Part shown: positions 1-8,473 of the stretch, piece after piece | How the letters are laid out: each line of letters opens with the position of its first letter | Position numbering within the stretch: position 1 is the stretch's first letter | NCBI RefSeq assembly: GCF_047971895.1 | Contig: NZ_JBKEAF010000001.1 | Span: forward strand, 10,495 to 74,494 | Origin: Microbacterium sp. | GTDB lineage: Bacteria; Actinomycetota; Actinomycetes; Actinomycetales; Microbacteriaceae | DNA length: 64,000 nucleotides | Direction of reading: 5' to 3' | The notes under the pieces: generated by a model | Seen by the model: only the letters and a program-made list of their open reading frames with translations | Told to the model about the DNA's origin: nothing | Database searches by the model: none | Program-made: the position numbers and the translations under genes

Positions 1-2
1 TC

Positions 3-806
3 GTGCTCGACCCACAGCCGTCGGGTGCGCAGGACGTGCTGAGCGGCATCGTGCAGGCGCCGATCGTGGAGGAGCTCGCGAAGGGCCTCGGCCTGCTCAT
101 CATCCTGGCCACCGGTCGTCGTGCCTTCGACGGCCCGGTCGACGGGGTCGTGTACGGGGCGATGATCGGCGCTGGATTCGCGTTCACCGAGAACATCCAG
201 TACTTCGCGATCGCGTTCATCGAGGGCGGCCTGGCCCAGACCTCGACGACCTTCTTCATGCGCGGCATCCTCTCGCCGTTCGCGCACGTCATGTTCACCG
301 CGGTCACCGGCTTCGCTCTGGGACTGGCCGCCCGCCGCGGCGCCCGCGGCGCCGCGGCGCTGAGGCCGTGGCTGGCAGGACTGGCCGGTGCGATCATGCT
401 GCACGCGCTGTGGAACGGGTCGGCGCTGCTCGGCGACTTCTTCGCGCTCTACCTCACGCTGCAGGTGCCGCTGTTCCTTGGCTTCATCGTCGGCATCATC
501 GCCCTTCGCCGTGAAGAGGCCCGGCTCACGCGTGCACGCCTGAGCGACTACGCGGCTGCCGGCTGGTTCACGCCGCAGGAGGTCGAGATGCTGGCCACGC
601 CGGTTGGCCGGCGGACCGCGTTGGCCTGGGCGAAGACGCTGCGCGGCGACCGCACCGACATCATGCGGGCGTTCGTGCGCGACGCGACGGCGCTCGCCGC
701 CACGCGCCAGCGCGCACTGACCGGTCGTGACCCGCGTGCGGTGCAGGACGAGCACGCGTACCTCGAGCGGGCCGCCGCTGCCCGGGCGGCGCTGCTCGCA
801 CCGTGA
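3..806 (+). CDS. PrsW-family intramembrane metalloprotease (5' end outside window)
   Basis: The ORF is open to the window edge. The translation is multi-TM with EELAKG and HALWNGS motifs typical of the PrsW protease family. Confidence 0.7.
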   Translation: MLDPQPSGAQDVLSGIVQAPIVEELAKGLGLLIILATGRRAFDGPVDGVVYGAMIGAGFAFTENIQYFAIAFIEGGLAQTSTTFFMRGILSPFAHVMFTAVTGFALGLAARRGARGAAALRPWLAGLAGAIMLHALWNGSALLGDFFALYLTLQVPLFLGFIVGIIALRREEARLTRARLSDYAAAGWFTPQEVEMLATPVGRRTALAWAKTLRGDRTDIMRAFVRDATALAATRQRALTGRDPRAVQDEHAYLERAAAARAALLAP

Positions 807-1011
807 CCGAGGCGCAGTGCTCGCAGCAAGACTCAGCGCCCGGTGCCGCGGCGATGCCTGCGTGTCTCCCGAGCGCTGAGTTGATCTGTCCTCAGGTTGC
901 CGGGTCTGGCGACTTCTGTCAAGCATCCCGCCGGCACGTATTCGCGTCGGCGCGTTTCGCGGCACGCGTACCCGATTGACCCCGCCGGGCGCCCTCGGGT
1001 TGGATGGAGGC

Positions 1012-1377
1012 ATGACCGATCGCACAAAGCCCGAGATCGACGCCCCCGAGGGGCCCGCACCGTCCGAGCTCGTCATCCGCGACATCATCGTGGGTGACGG
1101 CACCGAGGCTCAGCCCGGCGACACCGTCACTGTCCACTACCTGGGCGTCGAATACGACACCGGCGAGGAGTTCGACTCGTCGTGGAGCCGGGGGGAGAGC
1201 ATCCAGTTCCCGCTGCGCGGCCTCATCCAGGGCTGGCAGGACGGCATCCCGGGCATGAAGGTCGGCGGCCGGCGCGAGCTCGTCATCCCGCCGCACCTGG
1301 CGTACGGGCCGGCCGGCGGGCACTTCCTCGGCGGCAAGACCCTGATCTTCATCATCGATCTGCTGGCGGTCGGCTGA
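1012..1377 (+). CDS. FKBP-type peptidyl-prolyl cis-trans isomerase
   Basis: The translation VHYLGVEYDTGEEFDSSW...GLIQGWQDGIPGMKVGGRRELVIPPHLAYG is a classic FKBP core. The start is uncertain: TTG 976, TTG 1000 or ATG 1012. Confidence 0.85.
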   Translation: MTDRTKPEIDAPEGPAPSELVIRDIIVGDGTEAQPGDTVTVHYLGVEYDTGEEFDSSWSRGESIQFPLRGLIQGWQDGIPGMKVGGRRELVIPPHLAYGPAGGHFLGGKTLIFIIDLLAVG

Positions 1378-1477
1378 AGAGAAACTTTCCATGCGCGGGA
1401 ATGGATCAGGCAGAAGTGCCGTTCTCCTTTCGTGAGCTTGTCGCTGACGCGACGACGAACCGACACGAAGGATCGAC

Positions 1478-2035
1478 ATGACCACCACCACGATCGACAT
1501 TCCCGGATACAAGGTCGGCACCTGGGTGCTCGACCCGTCACACAGCGAGGTCACCTTCAGCGTGCGCCACATGATGATCTCGAAGGTGCGCGGCACCTTC
1601 GGCGTCAAGAGCGCCACGATCGTCGCCGCTGAGAACCCGCTCGAGACCACGGTGACCGCGTCGGTGGACGTGACCTCGGTCGACACGAAGGACGAGGGCC
1701 GCGACAACCACCTGCGCTCGGCCGACTTCTTCGACATCGAGAACCATCCGACCATGGACTTCCGCTCCACCGGCGTGCGCATCGAGGACGGCGACTTCCT
1801 CGTCGACGGCGACCTCACGATCCGCGGCGTCACCAAGCCGGTCACGTTCGAGCTGGAGTTCGGCGGCTTCGGCACCGACCCGTGGGGCAACTACAAGGCC
1901 GGCGCGACGGCGACGACGATCATCAACCGCGAGGACTTCGGCCTCACCTGGAACACCGCGCTCGAGACGGGCGGTGTGCTCGTCGGCAAAGACGTCACGA
2001 TCTCGCTCGACCTGCAGGCGAACCTGCAGGCCTGA
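1478..2035 (+). CDS. YceI-family polyisoprenoid-binding protein
   Basis: 185 aa. The motifs WVLDPSHSEVTFSVRHMMISKVRGTF and LTIRGVTKPVTFE are typical of YceI. Confidence 0.85.
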   Translation: MTTTTIDIPGYKVGTWVLDPSHSEVTFSVRHMMISKVRGTFGVKSATIVAAENPLETTVTASVDVTSVDTKDEGRDNHLRSADFFDIENHPTMDFRSTGVRIEDGDFLVDGDLTIRGVTKPVTFELEFGGFGTDPWGNYKAGATATTIINREDFGLTWNTALETGGVLVGKDVTISLDLQANLQA

Positions 2036-2041
2036 ACCTGC

Positions 2042-2096
2042 GTGAGAGGGCGGGATGCTGCGGCAGCACGCCGTGGCATCCCCCACCCTCTCTCAC
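2042..2096. terminator. Imperfect hairpin between convergent YceI and MFS genes
   Basis: GTGAGAGGGCGGGATGC pairs imperfectly with GCATCCCCCACCCTCTCTCAC. The hairpin overlaps the MFS stop codon. Confidence 0.4.
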
Positions 2097-3400
2097 GGCA
2101 CGGGGTTCTCGGCGTCGTACTCGCGGAAGCGGGGGTGCAGGCGCACGAGCAGGCCGACGAGGCACACGATGACGATGCCGCCCAGCAGCGGCGGGAACCA
2201 CAGTGCCGCGAACGTCGCGAGCGTTCCCGAGTAGAGCGCTCCCAGTCGTGGCCCGCCCGTGACCACGACGGTGAAGATGCTCTGCAGCCGCCCGCGCACC
2301 GCATCTGGCACCGCCGACTGCATCATCGTCATGCGGTAGATCGCGCTGACGTTGTCGGCGGCGCCGACGAGGGCGAGGGTGAGGGCGGCCAGGCCGATGA
2401 GCACGTAGTTGGCATGGGTCTCGTCCACGATCGCGGGGGCGAACCAGCCGAGCTGGGCCGCGCCGAGCACGAGACCGAACAGCACGGTGGCCAGGCCGAA
2501 CACCTGGATCGCCCGTTCGATGCCGAGGCCCTGCCGGCGCACGCGCCCGATGGGACCCGAGAACAGGCTCGACAGGAAGGCGCCTGCGGCGATGGATGCC
2601 GTGAGCACACCGGTCGTGATCGCGCCGCCGCCCAGCAGCACGGCACCGATGGCGGGGAACAGTGCCAAGGGGTGCCCGAACGTCATCGCGATGATGTCGA
2701 GGATGTACTGCAGGCGGATGTTCGGCGCGCGGCGGAGGAACCGCAGTCCGTCGCGCAGCGACTCGAGCCCGGGGCGGACGATCTCGCCTTCGGGCCTGAT
2801 GCTCGGCAGCGTCCACAGCCCGAGGAACAGCGTCGACATGAGCAGCACGTCGATGCTGTACGTCCAGGCGTACCCGGCGACGGCGACCAGCACACCGGCC
2901 AGCGCGGGCCCTGCCATCACCATGATGCCGACGGTGATGCCGCTCAGCGCCGCGGCGGCCGGCAGCAGATCGCGGGGGATGAGCCGGGGCACGATCGCCG
3001 ACCGGGTCGTCATCACGATGGAGTTGGCCGCCGCGTTGATGACGCTCAGCACGTACAGCCACCACACCGTCTCGAGCTGTGCCCAGGCCAGCACCGCCAG
3101 CATGAGCGTCGACAGCAGCGTGACCGACGCCGACAGCAGTCCGACGATACGGCGATCGAACGCGTCGGCGAGCATGCCGCCGTACAGGCCGGCGACGATC
3201 ATCGGCACGAGTCCCGCGACGGCGATCATCGACACCGCGAACGTGTCGTGGGTGAGCTCGTAGACATGCAGCATGACGGCGACGATCGTCAGCTGGCCGC
3301 CCATGCCCGACAGCGTCGACCCGATCCACAGCCGGGTGAACGCGGGGGAGACCCGGAACGGCCGCAGGTCGATGAAGTGGTCGCGGCGCAGCCGCGCCAT
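2093..3400 (-). CDS. MFS transporter (EntS/enterobactin-exporter-like)
   Basis: 435 aa, about 12 TM segments. The N-terminus FRVSPAFTRLWIGSTLSGMGGQLTIVA is typical of this MFS subfamily. Confidence 0.85.
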   Translation of the reverse strand: MARLRRDHFIDLRPFRVSPAFTRLWIGSTLSGMGGQLTIVAVMLHVYELTHDTFAVSMIAVAGLVPMIVAGLYGGMLADAFDRRIVGLLSASVTLLSTLMLAVLAWAQLETVWWLYVLSVINAAANSIVMTTRSAIVPRLIPRDLLPAAAALSGITVGIMVMAGPALAGVLVAVAGYAWTYSIDVLLMSTLFLGLWTLPSIRPEGEIVRPGLESLRDGLRFLRRAPNIRLQYILDIIAMTFGHPLALFPAIGAVLLGGGAITTGVLTASIAAGAFLSSLFSGPIGRVRRQGLGIERAIQVFGLATVLFGLVLGAAQLGWFAPAIVDETHANYVLIGLAALTLALVGAADNVSAIYRMTMMQSAVPDAVRGRLQSIFTVVVTGGPRLGALYSGTLATFAALWFPPLLGGIVIVCLVGLLVRLHPRFREYDAENPVP

Positions 3401-3621
3401 CAGGAGTCGACCTCGATGCGCTTGACGCGTGCGGAGTGCCCGCCCACGATGCGCACGCGGCTCGGCGCGGTGCCGAAGTGCGCCGCCAGCGCACGGACGA
3501 CGCCGTCGTTGGCCGCGCCGTCGACGGCACGCTCGCGCACGAAGACGGTCAGGGCGTCGCCGGTCGTCTCGACCAGCGGCCCCTTGCGGCTCCCGGGCTT
3601 CACCCGCACCGTGTACTTCAC
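3400..3621 (-). CDS. DUF167 (YggU-family) protein
   Basis: 73 aa. The pattern VRVKPGSRKGPLVE...ERAVDGAANDGVVRALA...VGGHSARVKRIEV is typical of DUF167. Its stop overlaps the MFS start (ATGA on the minus strand). Confidence 0.75.
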   Translation of the reverse strand: MKYTVRVKPGSRKGPLVETTGDALTVFVRERAVDGAANDGVVRALAAHFGTAPSRVRIVGGHSARVKRIEVDS

Positions 3622-3773
3622 GTCATGAGGCTACCCGGACCGGCGTCGTCGGGTGTGCGCGGGCATCCTGCTGACTGGTAGACTTGTGCGGTTGCCGTTT
3701 GATCGGCCGCGGATAAAGAGAGCTCACGCAGCAGGCGTCGGGCACCGCGCAACGACGAGGAAGGGGATCACCT

Positions 3774-4043
3774 ATGGCATTGGAAGCAGACGTCAAGAAG
3801 GCGATCATCGAAGAGTACGCGACGCACCCCGGTGACACCGGATCCCCCGAGGTGCAGGTCGCAATGCTGACGCAGCGCATCAAGGACCTCACCGAGCACC
3901 TCAAGGAGCACAAGCACGACCACCACTCGCGTCGTGGTCTGTTCCTGCTCGTCGGTCAGCGCCGCCGTCTGCTCGGCTACCTCCAGGACATCGACATCGC
4001 GCGTTACCGCACGCTGATCGAGCGCCTGGGGCTGCGCCGCTGA
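3774..4043 (+). CDS. rpsO: 30S ribosomal protein S15
   Basis: 89 aa. The translation ...[51 protein letters not shown]... is canonical S15. Confidence 0.97.
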   Translation: MALEADVKKAIIEEYATHPGDTGSPEVQVAMLTQRIKDLTEHLKEHKHDHHSRRGLFLLVGQRRRLLGYLQDIDIARYRTLIERLGLRR

Positions 4044-4071
4044 CGCGACCCGGCGTATATCGCACTTCTTC

Positions 4072-4104
4072 CGAAGGCCGTCCCACGGTGTGGGGCGGCC
4101 TTCG
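4072..4104 (+). terminator. rpsO terminator hairpin
   Basis: A 13-bp stem CGAAGGCCGTCCC / GGGGCGGCCTTCG (one G-T pair) with a 7-nt loop, 29 nt after the stop. There is no U-tract, which is common in high-GC actinobacteria. Confidence 0.55.
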
Positions 4105-4121
4105 CCGTGCCCGTGGCATCC

Positions 4122-4200
4122 CATCACCCCCATCACCCCCATCACCCCCATCACCCCCATCACCCTCCCCATCGCCACCACCCATCGCCACCACCCATCG
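4122..4200. repeat. Tandem microsatellite: CATCACCCC x5 then CATCGCCACCACC x2
   Basis: Read directly from the sequence. The 9-bp units start at 4122, 4131, 4140, 4149 and 4158 (the last is CATCACCCT). The 13-bp units are at 4170 and 4183. Confidence 0.95.
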
Positions 4201-4280
4201 AAAACTCCTGATCTGGTGACATCAGGATGTTTCGGGGACGGAACGTCCTGTGTCGGCCGGAACACCTGATCTGGGAAGCG
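4201..4280. repeat. Copy A of the AAAACTCCTGATC palindromic repeat element
   Basis: The first 13 nt are identical to copy B at 5503, and a CGTCCTGTG core is shared. There is an internal short hairpin AAAACTCCTGAT/ATCAGGATGTTT. Confidence 0.7.
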
Positions 4281-4297
4281 CCGATAGGGTCGGGAGC

Positions 4298-5458
4298 GTG
4301 CCCGAACGTCGCCTGCTGACCGTTGACCCGGCCGATTGGCGTGGGGTGCACGCGGCGCTGCGCGCGCGGCTGGACGGCGCTGGTGCTGCAGTGTTCCCAG
4401 TGAATGCGGCCGACGCGCCAGTCGAGGTGGGCGATGACATCGCGCTGGTGATCGAGACGTCGGGGTCGACCGGCGCACCCAAACGGGTCGCGCTGAGCGA
4501 GCGGGCGCTGCGGGCGAGCGCACAGGCGACGGATGCCGCGCTCGGCGGCGCGGGGCAGTGGCTGCTGTGCCTGTCGCCGGCCTTCGTCGCCGGCTCGCAG
4601 CTGCTTGTGCGCTCGGTGCTGTGCGGGACCGAGCCGATTGCCGGGCCGCTGCACGGGTTCGACGCACCCGGCTTCGCCGAGGCATCCGCCGCGATGACGC
4701 ATGCACGCCGCTACACCGCGCTGGTTCCCGCGCAGCTCGCTCGCCTGGTCGAGGCCGGGGAGTCGGATGCCGCGGTGCGCACCGCCACGGCGCGCTTCGA
4801 TGCCGTGCTCATCGGCGGGCAGGCGCTGCCGGCATCCGTCGCCGCCCGGGCGCTTGACCTCGGGTACCGCATCGTGCGCACCTACGGCTCGTCCGAGACC
4901 GCGACCGGCTGCGTCTACGACGGATACCCGATCGGCCAGACGCGGCTGCGCATCAGTGACGGCGTGCTCGAGATCAGTGGCCCCATGCTCGCCGACAGCT
5001 ATCTCGGCGACCCTGACGCCACGGCCGCTGCCTTCCGCATCGACGACGGCGTGCGCTGGTATCGCACCGGCGACCTCGCCGAGCTCCGTCCCGACGGCCG
5101 GCTGCGGGTGCTCGGCCGTGCCGACGACGTGATCATCTCTGGCGGCGTGAAGGTGGCGCTCGGGCGCGTCGAGGCGCTCGTGCGCGAGCTGCCCGGTCTG
5201 ACCGACGCGGTCGTGGTGGGTGCGCCCTCGGCACGGTGGGGTGAGGTGCCGGTCGTCGTCGTGGCGGGTGAGCCCGCGGCATCCCTCCCTCTGGAAGACG
5301 TGCGCACCCGCGTGGGCGCGGGGCTCGGCGCTGCTGCGCGCCCGGCATGCATCGTCACGATGCCGGAGCTGCCGCTGCTCGCAACAGGCAAGCCCGACCG
5401 TCGCTCCCTCGCCGCCCAGCTCGCGCCCGACGCCCCTGAGTACCCTGACGCCCCCTGA
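4298..5458 (+). CDS. AMP-dependent synthetase/ligase, MenE-like (o-succinylbenzoate-CoA ligase-like)
   Basis: The motifs TSGSTGAPKRV, YGSSET and GDL..DGRLRVLGRADDVIISGGVKV are the adenylate-forming signatures. The track start 4250 (GTG) lies inside repeat copy A, so GTG 4298 is preferred; the start remains uncertain. Confidence 0.7.
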   Translation: MPERRLLTVDPADWRGVHAALRARLDGAGAAVFPVNAADAPVEVGDDIALVIETSGSTGAPKRVALSERALRASAQATDAALGGAGQWLLCLSPAFVAGSQLLVRSVLCGTEPIAGPLHGFDAPGFAEASAAMTHARRYTALVPAQLARLVEAGESDAAVRTATARFDAVLIGGQALPASVAARALDLGYRIVRTYGSSETATGCVYDGYPIGQTRLRISDGVLEISGPMLADSYLGDPDATAAAFRIDDGVRWYRTGDLAELRPDGRLRVLGRADDVIISGGVKVALGRVEALVRELPGLTDAVVVGAPSARWGEVPVVVVAGEPAASLPLEDVRTRVGAGLGAAARPACIVTMPELPLLATGKPDRRSLAAQLAPDAPEYPDAP

Positions 5459-5497
5459 GCGCCCCCGCACGTCCTCTGAGCGCCCCCGCACGCCCTC
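5456..5497. repeat. 21-bp tandem duplication x2 containing the ligase stop codon
   Basis: TGAGCGCCCCCGCACGTCCTC followed by TGAGCGCCCCCGCACGCCCTC. Confidence 0.9.
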
Positions 5498-5502
5498 GCT
5501 CC

Positions 5503-5574
5503 AAAACTCCTGATCCGGCGCATTCAGGGCATGCGCGGCAATGATCGTCCTGTGCTCGTCAGATCAGGAGTTTT
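5503..5574. repeat. Copy B of the palindromic repeat element (13-bp perfect inverted arms)
   Basis: AAAACTCCTGATC (5503-5515) and GATCAGGAGTTTT (5562-5574) are separated by a 46-nt spacer. Confidence 0.85.
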
Positions 5575-5591
5575 CGGCGGTGGGGGTGGGG

Positions 5592-5660
5592 CACATCACG
5601 CGCCGACGGCAGGGCACATCACACGCGGGCGGTGGATCACATCACACGGCGGTGGCGCGG
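5592..5660. repeat. Degenerate 23-bp tandem repeat x3, each unit starting with CACATCAC
   Basis: CACATCAC occurs at 5592, 5615 and 5638, with exact 23-bp spacing. The third unit overlaps the oxygenase stop codon. Confidence 0.8.
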
Positions 5661-6655
5661 GCCGCGAGCAGGTCGGCATGCCAGCGCTCGGCGACGTCGG
5701 GGTGCGCGCGCAGGCGCGACTTCAGCGCGTTCTCTCCGTACAGTGCGTGGATCGGGTTCGCCGGGTCCTGCGTGACACCGGTCGCCTGAGCGGCGAGCTC
5801 GGCGGGCAGCTCGATGAGCGGCAGCCGCTGGTCGAGCGCGGGATTGAAGAAGAACGGCACCGAGATGCGGTCGTCGGGGAACCGCGGCGACACGACGCGG
5901 TGGTTGGTGGCCTTCAGGTAGCCCTGCGTAGCGTACTCGAGCAGTTCGCCGATGTTCACGACGAAGGCGCCGGGCACCGGTGGCGCATCCACCCATTCGT
6001 CGCCGCGCTGCACCTGCAGGCCGCCCTTGCCGGGCTCGATCCACAGCAGCGTGAGCACACCGGAGTCCTTGTGCGCACCGACGCCCTGCTGGGGCTCCGG
6101 CGCGGTCGACCCGGGGTAGCGCACGATCTTGATGAGCGTCGACGGCTCACCGAAGTGCTCGTCGAAGTACGACTCCGCCGCACCGAGCGACAGCGCCCAC
6201 GCACGCAGCAGTCTGCGCGCCACGCCGCTGAGGTGATCGTGCCACTCGGTCACGACCTGCTGCAGCTCTGGCTGCGCCGCCGGCCACAGGTTCGGGCCGA
6301 TGAGGCGGTGGAAATCGGGCCCGCCGACGACCACCTCGCGCTCGGGGCCGATATCGATCTGCTCGCGCCAGTCGACCTCGCCCTGCGTGCGCTCGCCGCC
6401 GGTACGGGTGTAGCCGCGGAAGTGCGGGCTCGTGACGTTCTCGATCGCGAGCTTGTCGGCCACGGGCAGGGCGAAGAAGTCGCGCGCGGCGCGGTGCAGG
6501 CGCCCTTCGAGTTCGGGCGTCACCCCCGTGCCGGTGAGATAGAAGAAGCCGACCTCGTGCGTCGCCCTGCGCAGGTCGTCGCAGAATGCGGCGGCAGCGA
6601 TGGGCCCGTCGTCGAGGCGGGACAGGTCGAGGATGGGAAGGTTCAGATCGGGCAT
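5642..6655 (-). CDS. 2-oxoglutarate/Fe(II)-dependent oxygenase (isopenicillin-N-synthase family)
   Basis: The N-terminus LPILDLSRL...EVGFFYLTGTGV and the motifs GAHKDSGVLTLL ... ATNHRV match the family (HxD...H facial triad context). The start is placed at MPDLNLP (6655) rather than the track start 6694. Confidence 0.8.
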   Translation of the reverse strand: MPDLNLPILDLSRLDDGPIAAAAFCDDLRRATHEVGFFYLTGTGVTPELEGRLHRAARDFFALPVADKLAIENVTSPHFRGYTRTGGERTQGEVDWREQIDIGPEREVVVGGPDFHRLIGPNLWPAAQPELQQVVTEWHDHLSGVARRLLRAWALSLGAAESYFDEHFGEPSTLIKIVRYPGSTAPEPQQGVGAHKDSGVLTLLWIEPGKGGLQVQRGDEWVDAPPVPGAFVVNIGELLEYATQGYLKATNHRVVSPRFPDDRISVPFFFNPALDQRLPLIELPAELAAQATGVTQDPANPIHALYGENALKSRLRAHPDVAERWHADLLAARATAV

Positions 6656-6905
6656 ACATCGACCGTAGGCGGATACGACGCCGCCCGGGCGCACTGTTGC
6701 GTCGTGTTAAGCGACCGCGTGATGTGATGGTGCGGCCGGCCGGAGGGGCGCGTGGCCTACCCGACCCGGGCATGCCCCGTGCGAGACGACCCCGCACCAG
6801 CTCGTGCGTGACATGGTGCAGCTGTTCGAGACCGCGCCCCAGGAATAACCTCGACATGGCTGCGTTTCACGAAGTATATTCACTCGCATAAACTACGGAG
6901 CGATC

Positions 6906-8132
6906 GTGAGCGACAACACCAGCTGGCCGGCCATGCAGTTCGGCATCTTCTCGGTGAGCGACATCACCCAGGACCCGACCACGGGGCGTACGCCCTCCGA
7001 GGCCGAGCGCATCCAGGCCACCTTGACCATCGCCACGCACGCCGAGGAGGTGGGGCTCGACGTCTTCGCCATCGGCGAGCATCACAATCCGCCGTTCTTC
7101 TCGTCGTCGCCGACCACGACGCTCGCCTACATCGCTGCGCAGACCGAGCGGCTCGTCGTCTCGACGGCCACGACGCTCATCACTACGAACGACCCGGTGA
7201 AGATCGCCGAGGACTTCGCGATGCTGCAGCACATCTCGGGCGGCCGCGCCGACGTCATGCTCGGCCGCGGCAACACCGGACCGGTGTACCCCTGGTTCGG
7301 CAAGGACATCCGCCAGGGTCTTCCACTGGCGATCGAAAACTACGCCCTGCTGCACAAGCTGTGGCGCGAAGACGTCGTGGACTGGGAGGGTACGTTCCGC
7401 ACACCCCTGCAAGGCTTCACCTCCACGCCGCGGCCGCTCGACGACGTGCCCCCGTTCGTGTGGCATGGCTCGATACGCACACCCGAGATCGCCGAGCAGG
7501 CCGCCTACTACGGCGACGGCTTCTTCGCGAACAACATCTTCTGGCCCGCGGAGCACTACCAGCGCCTCATCGAGCTGTACCGCCAGCGCTACGCCCACTA
7601 CGGGCACGGCGCTCCCGAACAGGCGATCGTGGGCCTGGGCGGTCAGGTGTTCTTGGCGGCGAAGTCACAGGACGCCATCGCGCAGTTCCGCCCCTATTTC
7701 GACGCCGCCCCGGTGTACGGACACGGCCCGTCCCTGGAGGACTTCACCGAGATGACGCCACTCACCGTCGGCTCACCGCAGCAGGTCATCGACCGCTACG
7801 CCGGCATGCGCGACCTGTTCGGCGACTACCAGCGCCAGCTGTTCCTCATGGACCACGCCGGCCTACCGCTCAAGACCGTGCTCGAGCAGCTCGACATTCT
7901 CGGGGGCGAGGTCGTGCCCGTGCTGCGCCGCGAGCTCGCGCAGAACCGGCCGACCGCCGTCCCGGACGCTCCGACTCACGCCGCGCTCGTGCGTGCCACG
8001 TACGGCGACGAGGCCCCCCGCCAGCCGCGCCCGAACGCCAACCGCGGAGACAACGTCACGGGCGGCTCGCCATACCAGGACACGCCGGCCCCCGCCGGTG
8101 CGGCCTTCGGCCTCGCACGGAAGGATGCCTGA
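6906..8132 (+). CDS. LLM-class FMN-dependent monooxygenase (CE1758-family-like)
   Basis: 408 aa. The translation MQFGIFSVSDITQDPTTGRTPSE...FAIGEHHNPPF...GGRADVMLGRGN is typical of the luciferase-like family. Confidence 0.85.
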   Translation: MSDNTSWPAMQFGIFSVSDITQDPTTGRTPSEAERIQATLTIATHAEEVGLDVFAIGEHHNPPFFSSSPTTTLAYIAAQTERLVVSTATTLITTNDPVKIAEDFAMLQHISGGRADVMLGRGNTGPVYPWFGKDIRQGLPLAIENYALLHKLWREDVVDWEGTFRTPLQGFTSTPRPLDDVPPFVWHGSIRTPEIAEQAAYYGDGFFANNIFWPAEHYQRLIELYRQRYAHYGHGAPEQAIVGLGGQVFLAAKSQDAIAQFRPYFDAAPVYGHGPSLEDFTEMTPLTVGSPQQVIDRYAGMRDLFGDYQRQLFLMDHAGLPLKTVLEQLDILGGEVVPVLRRELAQNRPTAVPDAPTHAALVRATYGDEAPRQPRPNANRGDNVTGGSPYQDTPAPAGAAFGLARKDA

Positions 8133-8459
8133 GATGACCGCGGCACACCGGTGCTCATCGGCGCCAACGCGGGCACACCGCGGCATTCCCTGGCGATCGA
8201 CTACGCGATCCGGCCGCTGTTCGCCTACGTGCATGCCGATGCCGTGTCCACTGGGGTGTTCGCGGCGTCGGCCGACTGGGGCGGCGCGGGCGATCAGGTC
8301 GCTCCGCTGGCCGACCGCATCGACAAGGGCGCCCGTGAACTTGCCGAGGCGATCGAGCGGCGCGGGGCGAAGGCATCTGTCGACCCGTTCGACCCCTCGT
8401 CGTACCTCGGCGAAGGCCGCTCGTTCGACCACCTGCTGGGCGGTTTCGCCGGAGAGTGA
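8133..8459 (+). pseudogene. Truncated NADPH-dependent FMN reductase (CE1759-like); only the C-terminal part remains
   Basis: The frame reads DDRGTPVLIGANAGTPRHSLAIDYAIRPLFAYVHADAVSTGVFAA immediately after the LLM stop codon. This matches the second half of FMN_red proteins. The N-terminal flavodoxin-like half, which carries the phosphate-binding loop, is absent. Confidence 0.6.
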
Positions 8460-8473
8460 GAGGCCTGCCTGCC

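Noticed and set aside
4122-4200. A possible CRISPR array.
   Set aside because: The units are 9-13 bp and directly abutting with no spacers, and no cas genes are present. This is a microsatellite, not a CRISPR array.
3768-4706. A minus-strand ORF containing MGVMGVMGVMGVMG.
   Set aside because: The peptide repeat is simply the translation of the 9-bp tandem DNA repeat. The ORF runs antisense through rpsO and the ligase gene and has no coding signature.
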